Source: Psammoneis japonica
Taxonomy: Eukaryota
Reading direction: 5' to 3'
NCBI GenBank assembly: GCA_008632985.1
Contig: QPGO01000082.1
Location: 124,001 to 188,000, forward strand
Length of the DNA: 64,000 nt
The notes beneath the pieces were generated by a model. It was not told the DNA's origin and ran no database searches. It was given only the letters and a program-made list of their open reading frames with translations. Shown piece after piece: positions 12,992-26,783 of the stretch (position 1 is its first letter; every line of letters starts with the position of its first letter). Made by a program: the position numbers and the translations under genes.

Positions 12992-13501
12992 TGCAACGGT
13001 GATAAACACTCGATATCCTTCGGTACTGTAGTATTGCCGTCTTGTGATGCCTGATGCCACGACTGGAGAACACGCTTCAAACTCACGGCGGCCACAAGAA
13101 GTGATCAGGTAGGCGTGTGCAGGTGGGAGTTTGCTGCGTTGTCAAGCTTCCACTTCCAACAATACCAGCGTTTTCAATAAGATGGAGCAGCGTCTCAGGA
13201 ATATTTAATGATAATTGCTGAGGTGCACCGTGGGCTCAGGTCTGGATGGCCGCGGCGGTTCACTGCGATGCTCATCGTTCATTGTGCCTCTTTCATCGGT
13301 TGCACGTGACACGTGACACGTGACTGGGAGTCCCTCCTCCCTCCAGCGACTCACTCGACTCATACGCCGCATGACGAAGGACTGACTGAAGACTCGAAAG
13401 ACATTTATGTGACGTGTATAAAGAAATCCATAAATAAGGCACCGTGGGACTTCGATAGCAAACCTTTGATTCGCTTCCCCTCACTTTTTCTCTCGCAAAG
13501 C

Positions 13502-13565
13502 GATTCTCGATTGCTTCGTTCATCAACAACCTTGATTCTCGATTGCTTCGTTCATCAACAACCTT
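13502..13565. repeat. Perfect 32-bp tandem duplication upstream of the esterase gene
   Basis: gattctcgattgcttcgttcatcaacaacctt x2. Confidence 0.9.
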
Positions 13566-13640
13566 GAATGATATCGGATTTTCGAATTGCGAACGATCGT
13601 TTGTTCATAACCCTGAATAAGATTTCGACTATTAGGCGCC

Positions 13641-14654
13641 ATGAAATTCGGATTTAGCATGATTTGGGTTGCGCTGGTCGCAATGGGTGCGCGAGCAGAA
13701 AAGAAACAAAGGAAACCAAAGCTTACTGTGTTTATTCTGGCGGGGCAATCCAACATGGAAGGGAAGGGATCGATTCGACATTTGGGTCAGCTTACTTTTG
13801 ACCCAGCCACCGAAGGCAAATATCATCATTTATGGGATTTCGAAGCTAATGATGACTGGTTTGCACGAGAAGACGTTTACATTACCTTTAATGGCGAAAG
13901 ACAGGGAAAGCTAACGCCACGTTACGGCGTGCCATCGAGTAATTTTGGTCCAGAGTTGCAATTTGGACATGTTGTAGGAAATGCCTATAATAGAAGGAAA
14001 GGAGATAAGGTCCTTCTCATCAAGTGTGCTTGGGGCGGAAAAGATCTAGCCATTGACTTTCGACCTCCTAGCGCCGGGCTGGGAAACTACACAAAGTTTG
14101 TAGAGCAAGTTCCATATACAAAAGAGGAGTATGGCGTATACTATCGTAAAATGATGGGGATCATTAAAGACACACTAGGGGACATTGGAAAGGTTATTCC
14201 CGACTTCAATCCTCGCAAGGTCCGTGTGATACTAAGCGGTTTTGTCTGGTTCCAAGGATTCAACGACTTGATCAATGATGAAAAGACGGCCGAGTACGGG
14301 TCTAACTTGGTGAATCTCATTCGTGATGTACGATCGGAGCTCAATGAGCCTGATTTGCCAGTTGTTATTGGTGGATTAGGGATGGATGGTGTTGATTCAG
14401 ATAGCAAGAGCAAAGCCAAAAACCTTAATTTCCGAAACATTCAACGAACTGTCACCTTGATGGATGAGTTTAAAAACAACACAAAGTACGCCAGGACCAG
14501 CATTTATGTCCGAAAAGATAAGGAAGCCTTTAATGGGGGCTACCACTACTTTGGTCGCGCCGACACGTTCTTCAACATTGGGAGAAATTTCGGCAAGATG
14601 GCGATAAAATTGATCCGTCGCCGGTTGAGACAAAGCCTGACCGCAGGAAAATGA
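13641..14654 (+). CDS. Secreted SGNH sialate O-acetylesterase (SASA/DUF303, CE6-like)
   Basis: Signal peptide; VFILAGQSNMEG, FGPELQFG, LIKCAWGG, GFVWFQGFND, YHY; intronless. Confidence 0.88.
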   Translation: MKFGFSMIWVALVAMGARAEKKQRKPKLTVFILAGQSNMEGKGSIRHLGQLTFDPATEGKYHHLWDFEANDDWFAREDVYITFNGERQGKLTPRYGVPSSNFGPELQFGHVVGNAYNRRKGDKVLLIKCAWGGKDLAIDFRPPSAGLGNYTKFVEQVPYTKEEYGVYYRKMMGIIKDTLGDIGKVIPDFNPRKVRVILSGFVWFQGFNDLINDEKTAEYGSNLVNLIRDVRSELNEPDLPVVIGGLGMDGVDSDSKSKAKNLNFRNIQRTVTLMDEFKNNTKYARTSIYVRKDKEAFNGGYHYFGRADTFFNIGRNFGKMAIKLIRRRLRQSLTAGK

Positions 14655-15989
14655 TCACGAGCGAAAAGCTGCAAACATTCTAGTTGTACGTAGTCAGAGC
14701 AAAATATGTGGATATTGAAGCGAATTGCTATGAGCTAGTATATCTTGTTGCTTGTGACCTAGCAACTGTTGTGTACTATGATGTTCAAATGCTCCGTTTG
14801 GCTACTGCTTCGAAAACAGCTCGTCGCGATTAGTGATCCCACAGCACCACCTCTGTACTCAGATATGTGTCGCAGTCGATTATCATTGTGTAGAGGACTT
14901 GATAAACCACTCGGTCAATATAGATGCTCTTGTTATGAAAGGGTAGTTCCGGCAAACCAAGAGAACGTTTCCATCAATTCCCGGATGATGATAGCCGCTC
15001 TCTGTGTGTATTGAAACTGAGTCTATGGTGAACGGAACAGCAAAATGGGACCCAGTTGGTTCATCGCAGTTCCCGTGATCTCCGTCAACTTCCTTGCTTA
15101 CTTGGCACACCCGACCTCCGTTCTTGCCCATCACTCAAGGCTTTTTCTTCAGTTGCCGTGTGCCTCAAAATGCATTGAGCGTGGCCTTTGGCAGCAAATG
15201 ATTGACTTGTCGGAAGTAACCTGGCAGATCCAGCTTGCAATTTGTAGAGCATTCAGAAACGGGATGATGTGCCTCAAGACAAACAGCTAGAGTGGCTGGG
15301 CATTGTCTCTGTCCCTCGATTCCAATTGCTTCATGGATTCTTCCACTCACACAACCTCTTTTGTCGAACAATGACAATTTTTCTGTTTTGCTCTTTTGCC
15401 AATGCAATGCCTCGATGCCACACCATCCAGATGCTGAGACACACCTCTCATTCAACCTTGCCCATGTGTCTGAAATGACAGACACAGTCCAAGTCATCAA
15501 ACACAGGGGAACACTCAATGTTCCACCACACAGCACTCCTCAAAAACACTCAAACATGCCACTTTTAAGTGCAATTGAACCAGCAACTGACAACACCTGT
15601 TGTTTTGCTGCTGAGTCCAATGCTTCACTTGAGCTGGAAAGTTTGAAAATGCAGACTCATGAGTTGCTTGGGGGGGTGTTGTGCCAAACAAGACCTTTCT
15701 CCAAAGATGACCAACATGAAGCAAAGCATCTCAATCAACCAGCAAGCCAAAGGGTCAATTCAAGTGCAGCTAGATGGGCTGGTGCACCACCATCCAAACA
15801 GATCTTTAAGAACAAGACCTGTCAAGAGAACAAATGAGAGAGAGGCAGCAACATGCGAGAGTTTTTTTCCTCATCATCTCATCAACTGCAGGGCTCCCAA
15901 AGTTCTTGAAAGCACAGACCTGCAAAATGGCAGTGGTCATTCCTCAAAAACTCCTTTTGGGGCTGTGGTGCTTGCTTGTCAGAGTGATG

Positions 15990-16900
15990 AAGACTCAGCA
16001 CAAGAACCTGTGGCTGCTGCAGCTTAAAATGCATGACAAAATGAACCCTGAGTTGGAAGCCATGCTTTGCTCTCTTGTGACAAAGATCTGCAACAAGCAC
16101 GTGGCTGGCACAGTCAAACACAAAACAGAGCATTCAATGGCTGCATGTGTGGAGCTCAACACAACAACCCACAGCTGCTGCAGATCAAAACAATCAAAAG
16201 TCAGTTTGGTTTTGAGGTGCCTTGCTTTGCTGGAGTCTCTGCTTTGGCACAAGGATTCACAGGGAAATGACATTTTTGCACACAGCCATGAGGTGGCACA
16301 CAGCAAAACAGACCACTCAATGGCAGCAAATGGAAATGCAATGCAGCAACCTGTGGCTGCTGTCAACCAGACTGATCAAAATGAGGTGTTTTGATTTGGA
16401 GGCCATGTTTCTTGTGCTGCACCACATCTTTTTTTGGCAAAAATCCACAGCAAAACAACATTTTATCATGAAGCCAAGAGGCCACACAGCCAGCCAGAGA
16501 CCACCCAATGGCAGCACATGCAAACTCAACACAACAACCCATGGCTGCTCCCAATCAAAACAGTCAAAAATGGCTTTGACTTGAGGGCCTCATTTTGCCA
16601 TGATTTCTCCTCTTGTTGCATGGGGGTCTGCAAGAACAAGACAACAGTTTTGCACAAAGCCACAAGGGGTGCAGCTGAATGCAGCAGGCAGCTCAATGGC
16701 AGTGCAGCACAGACACTCAACACAGCAAGAACCCAAGGCTGTCAAAATGATTGAAAAGCACTTTGACTTGGATGCCTCATTTTGCCACAACATCTTCTTT
16801 GGTGAAAATCCACAATGCAGAATTTTTGCAGCCACAAAGCAAGCCACAAGACAGTGCAGCAAAGTGGAGTGCTCAACAACAGCACAAAGAGACTCAACAT
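15990..16900. repeat. Degenerate ~185-bp tandem array (~5 units)
   Basis: Recurring caatggc...ctcaacacaacaacc...gctgct...aaaa...tttgac/tttgat, with caatgg near 16136, 16318, 16506, 16695. Confidence 0.65.
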
Positions 16901-19900
16901 TGAGCACAATCCTGCCAACCCATTGTGCAAATGATTGGATTGTGTGGAAGCCATTGAAACATCATGTTTTTCTTTGCACCCCCACACTTTCTTGGCTGTT
17001 CTCACACAGCCACACATTGCATGTTGGAAAACACCATGTTGCGCTGTTGTTGCAGTGTGAACCTTTCTTTGCCAACAAACAAAAAGGGCATCTGATTTGA
17101 ACTTTTTGGTGGCAAATTTCATTCTGTGGCTCAGCTTGGATTTCAGATGAACTCTTGTGTTGAGAAGTGTGTTGCTCAAGCACTTCAACTTCTGCACCAC
17201 TGCAAGCTTTCTGCAGCACTTGTGGGCTTTTTTTCTCCAGTGGGGGGAGCTTGCCCCACAGATGCACTGCTGTTGTCCATGTCAATGTGATTTGGGTCCA
17301 CATTGGAGAAGGTTTTGTCTTTGCTTGATTTCCTGTGTCGCTTTTTTCTGGAAGAGCAGACAAGCAGGTGCCATGGGCGTGGGCATGGCTGTGATGTGTG
17401 CAGCAGCTGCTTCTTTCAAGAAACTGGCAACAGGCCTTTCTCTCCTTTTGTTGAGTGCTTGCTTGACCTCTGACACAGTGTTTTTCCTCTGATCACCTCT
17501 CCTTTTGGGAAGAATTGCAACAATTCTTCCCAACATTGGTGTGTTGAACATGCGCACTTTTTGATTTCTCAAAGGCTTGGCGGAAGCAAGCTGCTTTTGT
17601 GTTCCACACAAATTGTGCCAGCCACTTCACATGGACAAAATGGAGCACAGACAACAAACAGCTCTGCAGCAGCTGCCACTCAAACTCTTTCTCTTTGACA
17701 TGGCAGGCATGACAGCAAAGGACAAAAAATGCAAGAGCAGTCAAAGCAATTGGGGCAGAAGCAAACACTTGAAGAAGCAACTCCAAAAGGTTCAGAAGGC
17801 AGTTGGGGAGGCTCAAAAGCAGCAAGGTGTCTGTTGGGGCGAGGCAGGTCATGCCCTTTCAGATGCCCTGGCTGCTGTCCAAAATTGGCAAACCCAACAA
17901 CGCCAAATCTGTCTTTGCTGCTTTCATCCAGGGTCACAACTGGGGCCTGGCACATGTGGAGATGTGATGAAAACATGTGGAAGGAGCTGGTCAAAGATTG
18001 TGGTGGTGACCCTTGCACACAAGTTGTGGCTGGCAGGAGATCTTTGCTGACAAAACTCCCCAAGAACAGAGTGCACACTCACATTCTTCCTCCTGGTGCT
18101 TCCTTCAGCCATTGCTGAGCACTGGCTGGTGCACAGACTTGCACACAGCAAGCAGGGTTGCAAAACACTGCAAGAGCCGGCAAGCATCAGCACAGCTGGC
18201 CAAGCGCATGGCTGGCATGTGCAGTGTGGGCCTGGTGAGTGGCTGTGGCATTGGAGAACAATGGGGCCACAGCAGATTTCTACATCCTGGTGCAGCTGGG
18301 AAGATGTGACAAGGTTCTTTTGCAAACTCATCTGGAGTGTGGACAACAATGGCTTGGTGGCCTGTGCAGCTTTGCAGCAGCAGTGTTGCACAGCCACTCT
18401 CACATTTCTCAGAAAAACTGCTGCACCAACAATCTGCCACTGCCAGTGGACAACACTCTCTCAAGTCTGTTGCAGCACCAAGCCACTCATTCACAGCACA
18501 GCATTGTTGGACATGATGTGGTGTGCAGAGCCTTTTTTTTAATGCTGTGTGGCCAAGGAGTGGGCACAGCTTCAGGGTCAACATTGCAAATGGAAGAGTT
18601 TTCATCATGCATGGGTTCAAAGCAGCCAGGTTTGTTGATGTTTTTGCCAGCTTGCTGACACTCTGCAGAGGATGATGAGGAAATGCCGCAACACACTGCA
18701 GCTCATCCTCAGCCAAGCCAGCAAGCTGCAGATAAACTTGAAGGGCTTGTGTGGCATCATCATGACAGAGGCTTGCAGGACCTCTGCAATTCTGCCATTT
18801 CTGCTGCCACCTGGAAAAGACCTTTTCATGCCATCACAATGGCAAATGCTCTTGAGTTGCCAACATTGAGGTGACTCAGGAGTGGCAGTCACACAAAGAG
18901 GGAAATGCAGGCATTGTCAGCTGCTGCCAGCAGAAGCTGTGGTGTGTGAGTGACACAAGACATCCCTCCACTTGCCACATTTCTCAGGGCCATGAGGACA
19001 AAAAAGAAAGTCACTCTCAGAGCATGTGAGCCATGACAACTCAAGCAACATTTTTGTCTCTTTTTCAGCTGTGATGGTGACCCACTTGAGCAGAGTTGCA
19101 GACAGCTGATGACCATCAGCCACAGCCACAAAGAACCTGTGCCAGAAGCCTTTTGATCCCACATGGCTGGTTGACAGCATTGTCCCTTGACCAAGTGTTG
19201 AGCTGATGAGCTGCACCCATTTCTTTTCCCACATGTTGGGGTGCTGGTCTAAGACATCTCTGTCTGGAGTTTGTGCCTCAGCCAGCTGACAAACCACAAG
19301 AATGGGTGCCAGCAGGCACATGCTGGCAACATTGTTGTTTCAAGCTGAGCAGTGGCAGGGACCCTTGCACAAGCACTGCAGACTTCCTTGGCAAAACTTT
19401 CAATGGAAAATTGCCATCAGCACCCAGAGCATTGAAGAACAATCCAATGGTGTGACAGTGAATGAGTCAATGAAGCATGGCACCAGTCATGCTGGGCAAC
19501 AAGGAGGAGTCAGTTTCTCCCAGACAGCCTGCTTGGACTCCTCCAAACAGCTGAGGACTGGCATGCCCACCTGGAGAGCTGCACTGTCTCACAAGAGTCT
19601 CTTTGGAAATGGCTGTTGCCTTCAGAGAAAGGCCCATTGCAAGCAATGGCCTGCTCATGAAGTGTGAGCTTTTGATCAAAGCTGCCACTCTGCCTTGACA
19701 AGGTCAAGAAATCAGCTGCAGGTTGCAAACAAGGTTTGTGGGGCAAAGTTGTGTCAAAAAAAGAATTGTCAGAGAGCCAACCAGCTCTTCTCCCACAACT
19801 CCTGGTTCAAGAACTTAGTTTGCCTGCAGGGCAGCTCTTTGGGAGCCGTGGAGCAGAGTCTGGCTGTGTTGCACAGAAGCCATTTTCTTCAAACACAAGA

Positions 19901-19909
19901 AGCAAAAAT

Positions 19910-20270
19910 TGCTGCAGCATCTGGACAAGTGGGAAACATGAGAGACCCAGAAGTGTGTCCATTGAAGTGATGATGCTTTGGATCCTGACTTGGTGGATTT
20001 GGCAATGTTCAAAAACAAATTTTCATTTGTCACTGATCTCACCAACTCTCTTTTTAGCTCACTCTTTGGAGCCAATCATCTGGTTTGCACTGGTTTGCAT
20101 TGTGGCACCAGTGCGCACCCTTTGTTGCCCCTTTGCATTGCAAGAACAAAGTCATTGAGAGCTTCCAGGCAAACCACAGCCACCACAGCAACCAGGACAA
20201 GTGCAACAAGTGGCACAGGAAACCTCAGAGGATTCCCTTTTGGCAAGAACATTGACTTGTCTGTTCAACA
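19910..20270 (+). repeat. 5' LTR of the Copia element
   Basis: Aligns with 25377-25732 (catctggacaagtgggaaa...gtcattgagagcttccaggc...ttcaaca). Confidence 0.85.
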
Positions 20271-23200
20271 TTTCCTCAAAAAGAGTGAGTCAAGAGCTGA
20301 GTTCCATGTGTCCATTTGAAACAGGAAGCCTGCATCATGAGCAGCAGGGGGGGGGTGGATTGAGCACCAAAGGCCATGGTGGTTGCCAAGTGGCAGAGGC
20401 CAGAAGTCATGCCATGACAAAAACAAGAAGACAGACCCCAAGAAGAGCTTCAAGCACCAGAAACTGAGTTTCACCTGTCATCAATGAACAGCAACTCACA
20501 CAATGCAACATTTGAAGACATCAAGGAAAAGATCATCAACCACATCCAGAAAGAGTGTGATCAAGAGGATGAGTGTCACTGAATGACTGCCTGTCAAGAT
20601 TTGAGAACAAAAGAAGATGTTGGATGGTTTCATCATGAATGCCAAGGAGTGCAAGGACTGCATCAACCCAGTGGACAAGACAGCACTGACGGATGCTGCA
20701 TTCCAGACATGGACCACTCATCTGTTCATGGAGAAAAGTGACAACTGCCACTGCAAAAGTCTCAAAAAGAGCCTCATGAGAGACCACAGCCCAGGAAGAG
20801 ACTTGCATCCTAAGACCCTCAAGAAGACAATGGATGTGCTGCTGAGCTGTCCAAAAGATGACCGTCCACACAAGAGATGAAGCAAGAAGAACAACAAACA
20901 TTTGAACAACAAGAAAGAAGACAAAGAGCACCAGGAATGACTGGCCCAAGAACCTGCAAGACCAGAGTCATGCACAGAGTGGCAAGACAGCACACCATTG
21001 TTGTGGTTGGCCAAACCACAAGTCCCCAGACTGCAGATGAAAGGATGAGATTGCACAGAAAGATTGGTGCAAGAAGTCTGGCAGGAAGTCAGATGTCAGG
21101 GGAACATGGTCATGCACAGAGAGACAAAGACAATTCATCAGTGAGCAGCAACAATGCAAGCATTGATGCCAAAGGTCAAGTCAATCAGCAAGTTCTGGCA
21201 GAAGAAGTGTTGCATGGCATCAAGGGTTCCAAGCAGATGAACAGGCCGATGAGAGGCTGGAGACAAGTTTGAGCCAAGCCAATGCTGACATTGAGTCACA
21301 TGAAATCATCCTTGACAATGGCTCTGCCCTTGGCATGGCAGCAAGCCTTGGTGTGGCAGCAAGCTGGAGTCTTGTGCACAATGTGAAACCAGCAAGGATC
21401 AAGATTGACCTGTCTGCAAACACAAGAATGGACAATTTGGACAAAGACTACACTGTGCCAGGATGGGGTGACATGAAGCTTTGATTGCAAAATGTGACAG
21501 CAAACATCCCAAGTTTGAAAGATGTGAAGAGCAAGTGCTGTGCCACACACAAAAACAGGGCGGTGGATGAGTTCCATCTGCTGGACAAGAAGTCTAGCTA
21601 ACAAGTCACTGGTCACCATGTTCAAAGTCAATGACATTGGGCTGCACACATTTGCTCCAAGCCAGCAGTTGCTTGACCACATGAAAGAACTCCAAGAAGT
21701 TGAGTCACATGTGAGCATGCTGTCAAAGGAAAAGAAGGTTGCGACAAAGAAGACCAACAAGAAGCACAGAAGTGCATCAAGAAATGTCACTCCAACTGTG
21801 AAACAGATTGTGAAAGGCCACACCAGATGGGAGGCAGAAGGAACACCTGGTGTGAGGGATTTCAAGAAACTTTTGTGGTCCAATTGGGTGAAGAACCTGT
21901 CCATCATCAATGAAGATGCAGGTGGAATTGTGGCCACATGGGGTCCACCGACAGATGCACTCAAAGGCAAGACCAAGTGTGCACCGCATTCCCACACAAG
22001 GAACAATGTCATTGCACTGCCACCTGTGATCTGCAAGAAGCAGAGAGAAGGTGAGACCCTTTGCATTGAGGACATTGTGGAAGTGTGTGATGTCAAGGTG
22101 CTGCATGCAATTGACAAGACAATCACGTGCAGACAGAGTGTGTGGCTGTGGTTCAAGAAGCAAGAAGACATTCACAAAGCCTTGGACATGATTCTCACAC
22201 AGTGCAACATGGCATCATTTAAGATTGACTTTGTGGAGTGTGATCCAGAGTTTGAGGGCATGCTGGAGAAGTCGCAGATGGTGTGAATCTGGAGCTGATG
22301 TCTGCAAATGCCTGAGATCATTTTTACAAAGTTGAGCACAGCATCCAAGCCATCAAGGAGCAAACATGTGCAGCTGCTGTGCACCACATGCCACACAAGA
22401 CAAAGCATGAGTTTTGCTCAACAGCACTTGCCCCTTAAAGGCCTCAAAGCATTTGGCCAGAAGGGGCATGATGCCTCACAGAAAGAGATTGAACAGTCAC
22501 ATGACTGAGCATGCTTTGCACCAGTGTCAGTCAAGGACATGACTTTGACTGAGAGGACCAAGGCCATGGCAGCCTTGATGTTCCCACCCAAGAAACAAGA
22601 TGGTCGCACCACAAAGGGGCAAATGGTCCACAGTGGCAAACTGACCCAAGAACAGCTGGACAAAGATGAGTCAGCCAGCCCCACTGTGTCCCTGGAAGGG
22701 ACATTTGTGAAGGTGTTTGTTGATGCCCATGAGGGATGCAATGAAATGAGTGCTGACGTTCCCAGTGCATTTGTGCAGACTGCTGAGATGCTGGAGCCTG
22801 GAGAAGGTGAAGACCGGATTGTGATGAAGATTGCAGGTGCACTGGTGGACATGCTTGTGAGCATCAATCCCAACCTGCACAGACCTCATGTGGTCCTGGA
22901 AAAAGGCAAGAGAGTCCTTTACATCCAAGTCATCAGAGCTGTCTGTGGAGTGCTTGTCGTGGCTCTACCGTGGTGCAACAAAATTTGAAAGAACTTGGAA
23001 AAGACAGAGGGTTTAAGTTCAACCCATGCAATCCCTGCATTCAGTTGATGGCAAGCAGCACATGATTGGATTTCATGTGAATGACCTGTTGTTGAGCCAC
23101 AAGAATGACAAGTTCCTGGGCTGGCCAAACAAGATGCATGGCAGCCACAGCAAAGTCGTCACTGCATGAGGGAAGAGACACAAATGTCTTGGCATGACCC

Positions 23201-25376
23201 TGGACTTCAATCAAAAAGGAAAAGCAAAAGTCAACATGGCAGACTGCATTTGCAAGATGATTGATCAGTTTCTGGAGAAGACAAAGAGCACAGATTCTGC
23301 TGTGACACAAGCCAGGGAGAAGACATTTGACACCAGCAGAACAAGATCACAAGACAAGAAGGCTCAGACCTTCCACACACTGGTGGCCAAGGGACTTTCC
23401 TGTCCAAGAGAGGCCAAATGAATGTGCGCCCCACTGTCACCACATTGTGCATGCAAGTGCAAGCTCCCACCAACAAGGGTTGGTGGCTAAAGCAAGCCAG
23501 TCTGTTGTCTCAAGTGCCTGAACTGTTCAAGAAACAAAGTTGCTGCGTTGAGTGTGAAGGACCCCCAAGTTGTCAAGTGGCATGTGAATGCATCATTTGT
23601 GGCACACCCCAATTTTAAAAGCCACCATGCCAGAGGAGTTGTGACAATGGGCAATGGAGCAGTGCAGGCCATCTCTCAAAACACCAGAAGCTCAACACCA
23701 AAAGCAGCACAAAAGCTGAACTTGTTGGAGTTGACGATGCCATGACTGTGATGCTGTGGACAAAGCTCTTCATAGAGCACCAAGGGCACCCAATCAACAA
23801 GAATGTTCTGTGATGCCAGGACAACAAGAGTGCCATCCCACTGGAAACCAATGGGCACAAGGGTGCCAGGAAGCAATTATGAGCACTCAATGTGTGGCAT
23901 TTCTCTGTCACCAATCAGATCAAGAAGGGCAACTTATGAGCACAGTGTTGTCCTGCCAACAACATGCTTGGAGACTTCATGACTGAGCCATTGCAAGGCA
24001 AGAAGTTCCAAAAGTTCAAAAGAGCCATCATGGGCTGTGTCAACTTCAAGCATGACAGGCATGAGACCTGTTCTTTGTGATGTCAGACAAGAATTCTGAT
24101 GCATGTGGGTGAAAGATCTCTGACACTTCAATGTTCAGTGCAAACGTGGGGCAAGAACAAGAGCCCCAAAACCCTTGCACATTGATTGTGTCAAAGAAGA
24201 GCAACAACGGAGGGGGAACTTGGTGCCATTCCTGGCAGTCAAGGACAGATGGACAATTGATTGTCAGACCTGGTTCCATCCTTCAAGGCAGACATCAGGA
24301 CAGCCGATGACTGAGATGCAAGAACACGCTTGCTGTCTTGATGCAACAGTGTCAAGTTTTGATCTCAAGAAAGAGATGAGCTCAACACTTGCCTGATGAG
24401 CATCATGACAATTGCAACCATGGACCCATTTGAGAGGCAACATGTGGCCAACTTGTGTCAATTGATGATTGACACAGACAAGAGGAACAGCAGAAATGGG
24501 CTGATGGAATTTGCAGAGGTTCAAAGTCAGCCACCAGTTTGGACAGAATTGTGGAAACAAAAGCATTTTGCTGTGGTGGAATTGTGTGAGAATGCAGTGA
24601 GACATTGGACGCATGCTCAATTGAGGTGCATGACCCCTGCACTGCACCAATGTTCTCCACACATGATGATGAGAGCATCATGGATGAAGCAAAGCTGCAT
24701 GGAGACAATGATGTGCACAAGACCAGAGAGCACTGGCAAAGGTTTGCACATGTTGTCAAAACCACAACAAAGATGACAGAGTTGAGAGAAGCAAACTGGC
24801 ACTGGACCAATCTCAAACTCACATTGGACAAGAGTCAGCTGTCCTGCCTGCAGTGTGGACAAACAAGGGGCATGTCATGGCCCACTTGGAATGCTCAGTT
24901 TGAAGGATGACAAGTGCAGCAAGGTTTGCCATGGACCAGTTTGAGACAAGAATGGAGATGTCATCAACGCAGGCAAGTCAGTGCAATTTTTGGTTGTGAC
25001 ATCAATGAGGCAAGGTCCCATGCAGTGCAGACCTGCCAGAACATGGGATTCTTTTTGGCAGATCCCAAGGTGGTCAATGGTTGGATCATGGATTGGTTGG
25101 ATGGTTCACATGAGAGGGGCTCAGTGGAATGGAATCACCATGCCTGCATTGCTGAGTTCATGGAATGTGTGCAAGACATTGCCAACACATTCAAGGATCA
25201 AGAACATGTTGGATTTTGCCAATGAAAGGCATTGTGCCAGCTGGAGGTGCACCAAACCCCAAGATGGTGATGACCAAGTGGGTTGGGCCAGCAAGTTTGT
25301 TGTGGAGATTCCTGATGGGATCACTCCAATGTGCGAGGAACAAGCACTCCAAACATTGACTGTGGTGGCAAGAGTG

Positions 25377-25732
25377 TGTTGGACATCTGGACAAGTGGGA
25401 AATGCAAGAGACCTGGAAGCACATCCATTGAAGCAACAGTGCTTTGGATCCTGACGTGGCAAATTTGGTGACACTTTACAAACCAACGTGTGCTTGTCAT
25501 TGATCTCACTGACCCTCTTTTTATCTTGCTTTTTGGAGTGCATCATTTGGCTTGCACAAATTTACATTGTGGCACCAGTGCATGCCCTTTGTCACCTTTG
25601 CATTGTAAAAATGAAGTCATTGAGAGCTTCCAGGCACACCACAGCTGCCACAGCAACCAGGACAAGTGCAACAGGCAGTGCAGGAAACCCCAGAGGACTT
25701 GCTTTTGGCAACATTGACTTGTTGGTTCAACA
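25377..25732 (+). repeat. 3' LTR of the Copia element (TGTT...AACA)
   Basis: TG...CA termini; homologous to 19910-20270. Confidence 0.88.
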
Positions 25733-26429
25733 AAGTTGGCCTGTCACTCAGACAACCCTTCACTCAGAAAGAGCTGGTTTGTTCTTGATTTTCTAAAAGC
25801 CACCTCTGGTTGTTTGGGCTGTCAACCCAAGCAACAGATTTTTGCACATTGCAAGCAAAAGAGTGCTGTGCATGATGGTCTGGAAGATGGAGATAAAGCC
25901 ACTGGGTTGCAGCTGTGCTTGTTGCAACCCAAATTGGCTGGTGGGCATTGGTCGTTTGCTTTCTGGGACAGCATGGTAGACATCACAAGCTGTCAGAGCT
26001 GGAGTGGTGTGAAATCATGGTCATCCTTGTCTGCCTTGCACTTGACAAGTTCCCAGAGAGTTTCACAAAAGTGGTCCACCCAGAGCCAACCCACAAGAGC
26101 CAGATGATGAGCAGCACCTCACACTCCATTGCTGCTTGCAATGAGATGCAAAGGGACAAGACATGGTTGACCTCCTTAAGAGGAGCACTGCTTGCCAGGC
26201 GTTTCAAATGGCACAAGACATGGCAGAGAGTGCACCCAAAAGGAAAGTGAAGTTGGCAACACCAGCTTTGCAGCAGCCCCCTGTGACACCACTGCCTGTG
26301 GCTGCACCAAAGAGCCAGGGTGAGAGCTTTGCAAGGCGTGCAACCAGTGCTCACCAGAGCCAATGCAAGGTGCCAAAGTGCCACATTGAAAGGAGAAGAG
26401 CAGAGGGAGCCCTCAATTTTGTTTTTTCT

Positions 26430-26783
26430 NNNNNNNNNNNNNNNNNNNNNNNNNNNNNNNNNNNNNNNNNNNNNNNNNNNNNNNNNNNNNNNNNNNNNNN
26501 NNNNNNNNNNNNNNNNNNNNNNNNNNNNNNNNNNNNNNNNNNNNNNNNNNNNNNNNNNNNNNNNNNNNNNNNNNNNNNNNNNNNNNNNNNNNNNNNNNNN
26601 NNNNNNNNNNNNNNNNNNNNNNNNNNNNNNNNNNNNNNNNNNNNNNNNNNNNNNNNNNNNNNNNNNNNNNNNNNNNNNNNNNNNNNNNNNNNNNNNNNNN
26701 NNNNNNNNNNNNNNNNNNNNNNNNNNNNNNNNNNNNNNNNNNNNNNNNNNNNNNNNNNNNNNNNNNNNNNNNNNNNNNNNNNN
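26430..26783. other. Assembly gap (N run); a second 6-N gap lies at 35295-35300
   Basis: Run of N. Confidence 1.

Larger units (their letters stand above)
19910..25732 (+). mobile_element. Decayed Ty1/Copia LTR retrotransposon (CoDi-like) with both LTRs
   Basis: RT relic SPTVSLEG...ADVPSAFVQT...VMKIAGALVDML...VLYIQVIRAVCG (22524-22988); RNase H relic VKWHVNASFVAHPNFKSH (23548-23745); paired LTRs. Confidence 0.9.

Noticed and set aside
19905..19910. Target-site duplication of the Copia element
   Set aside because: Flanks (aaaat/aaatt versus aagtt) do not match cleanly and the 5' LTR start is eroded.
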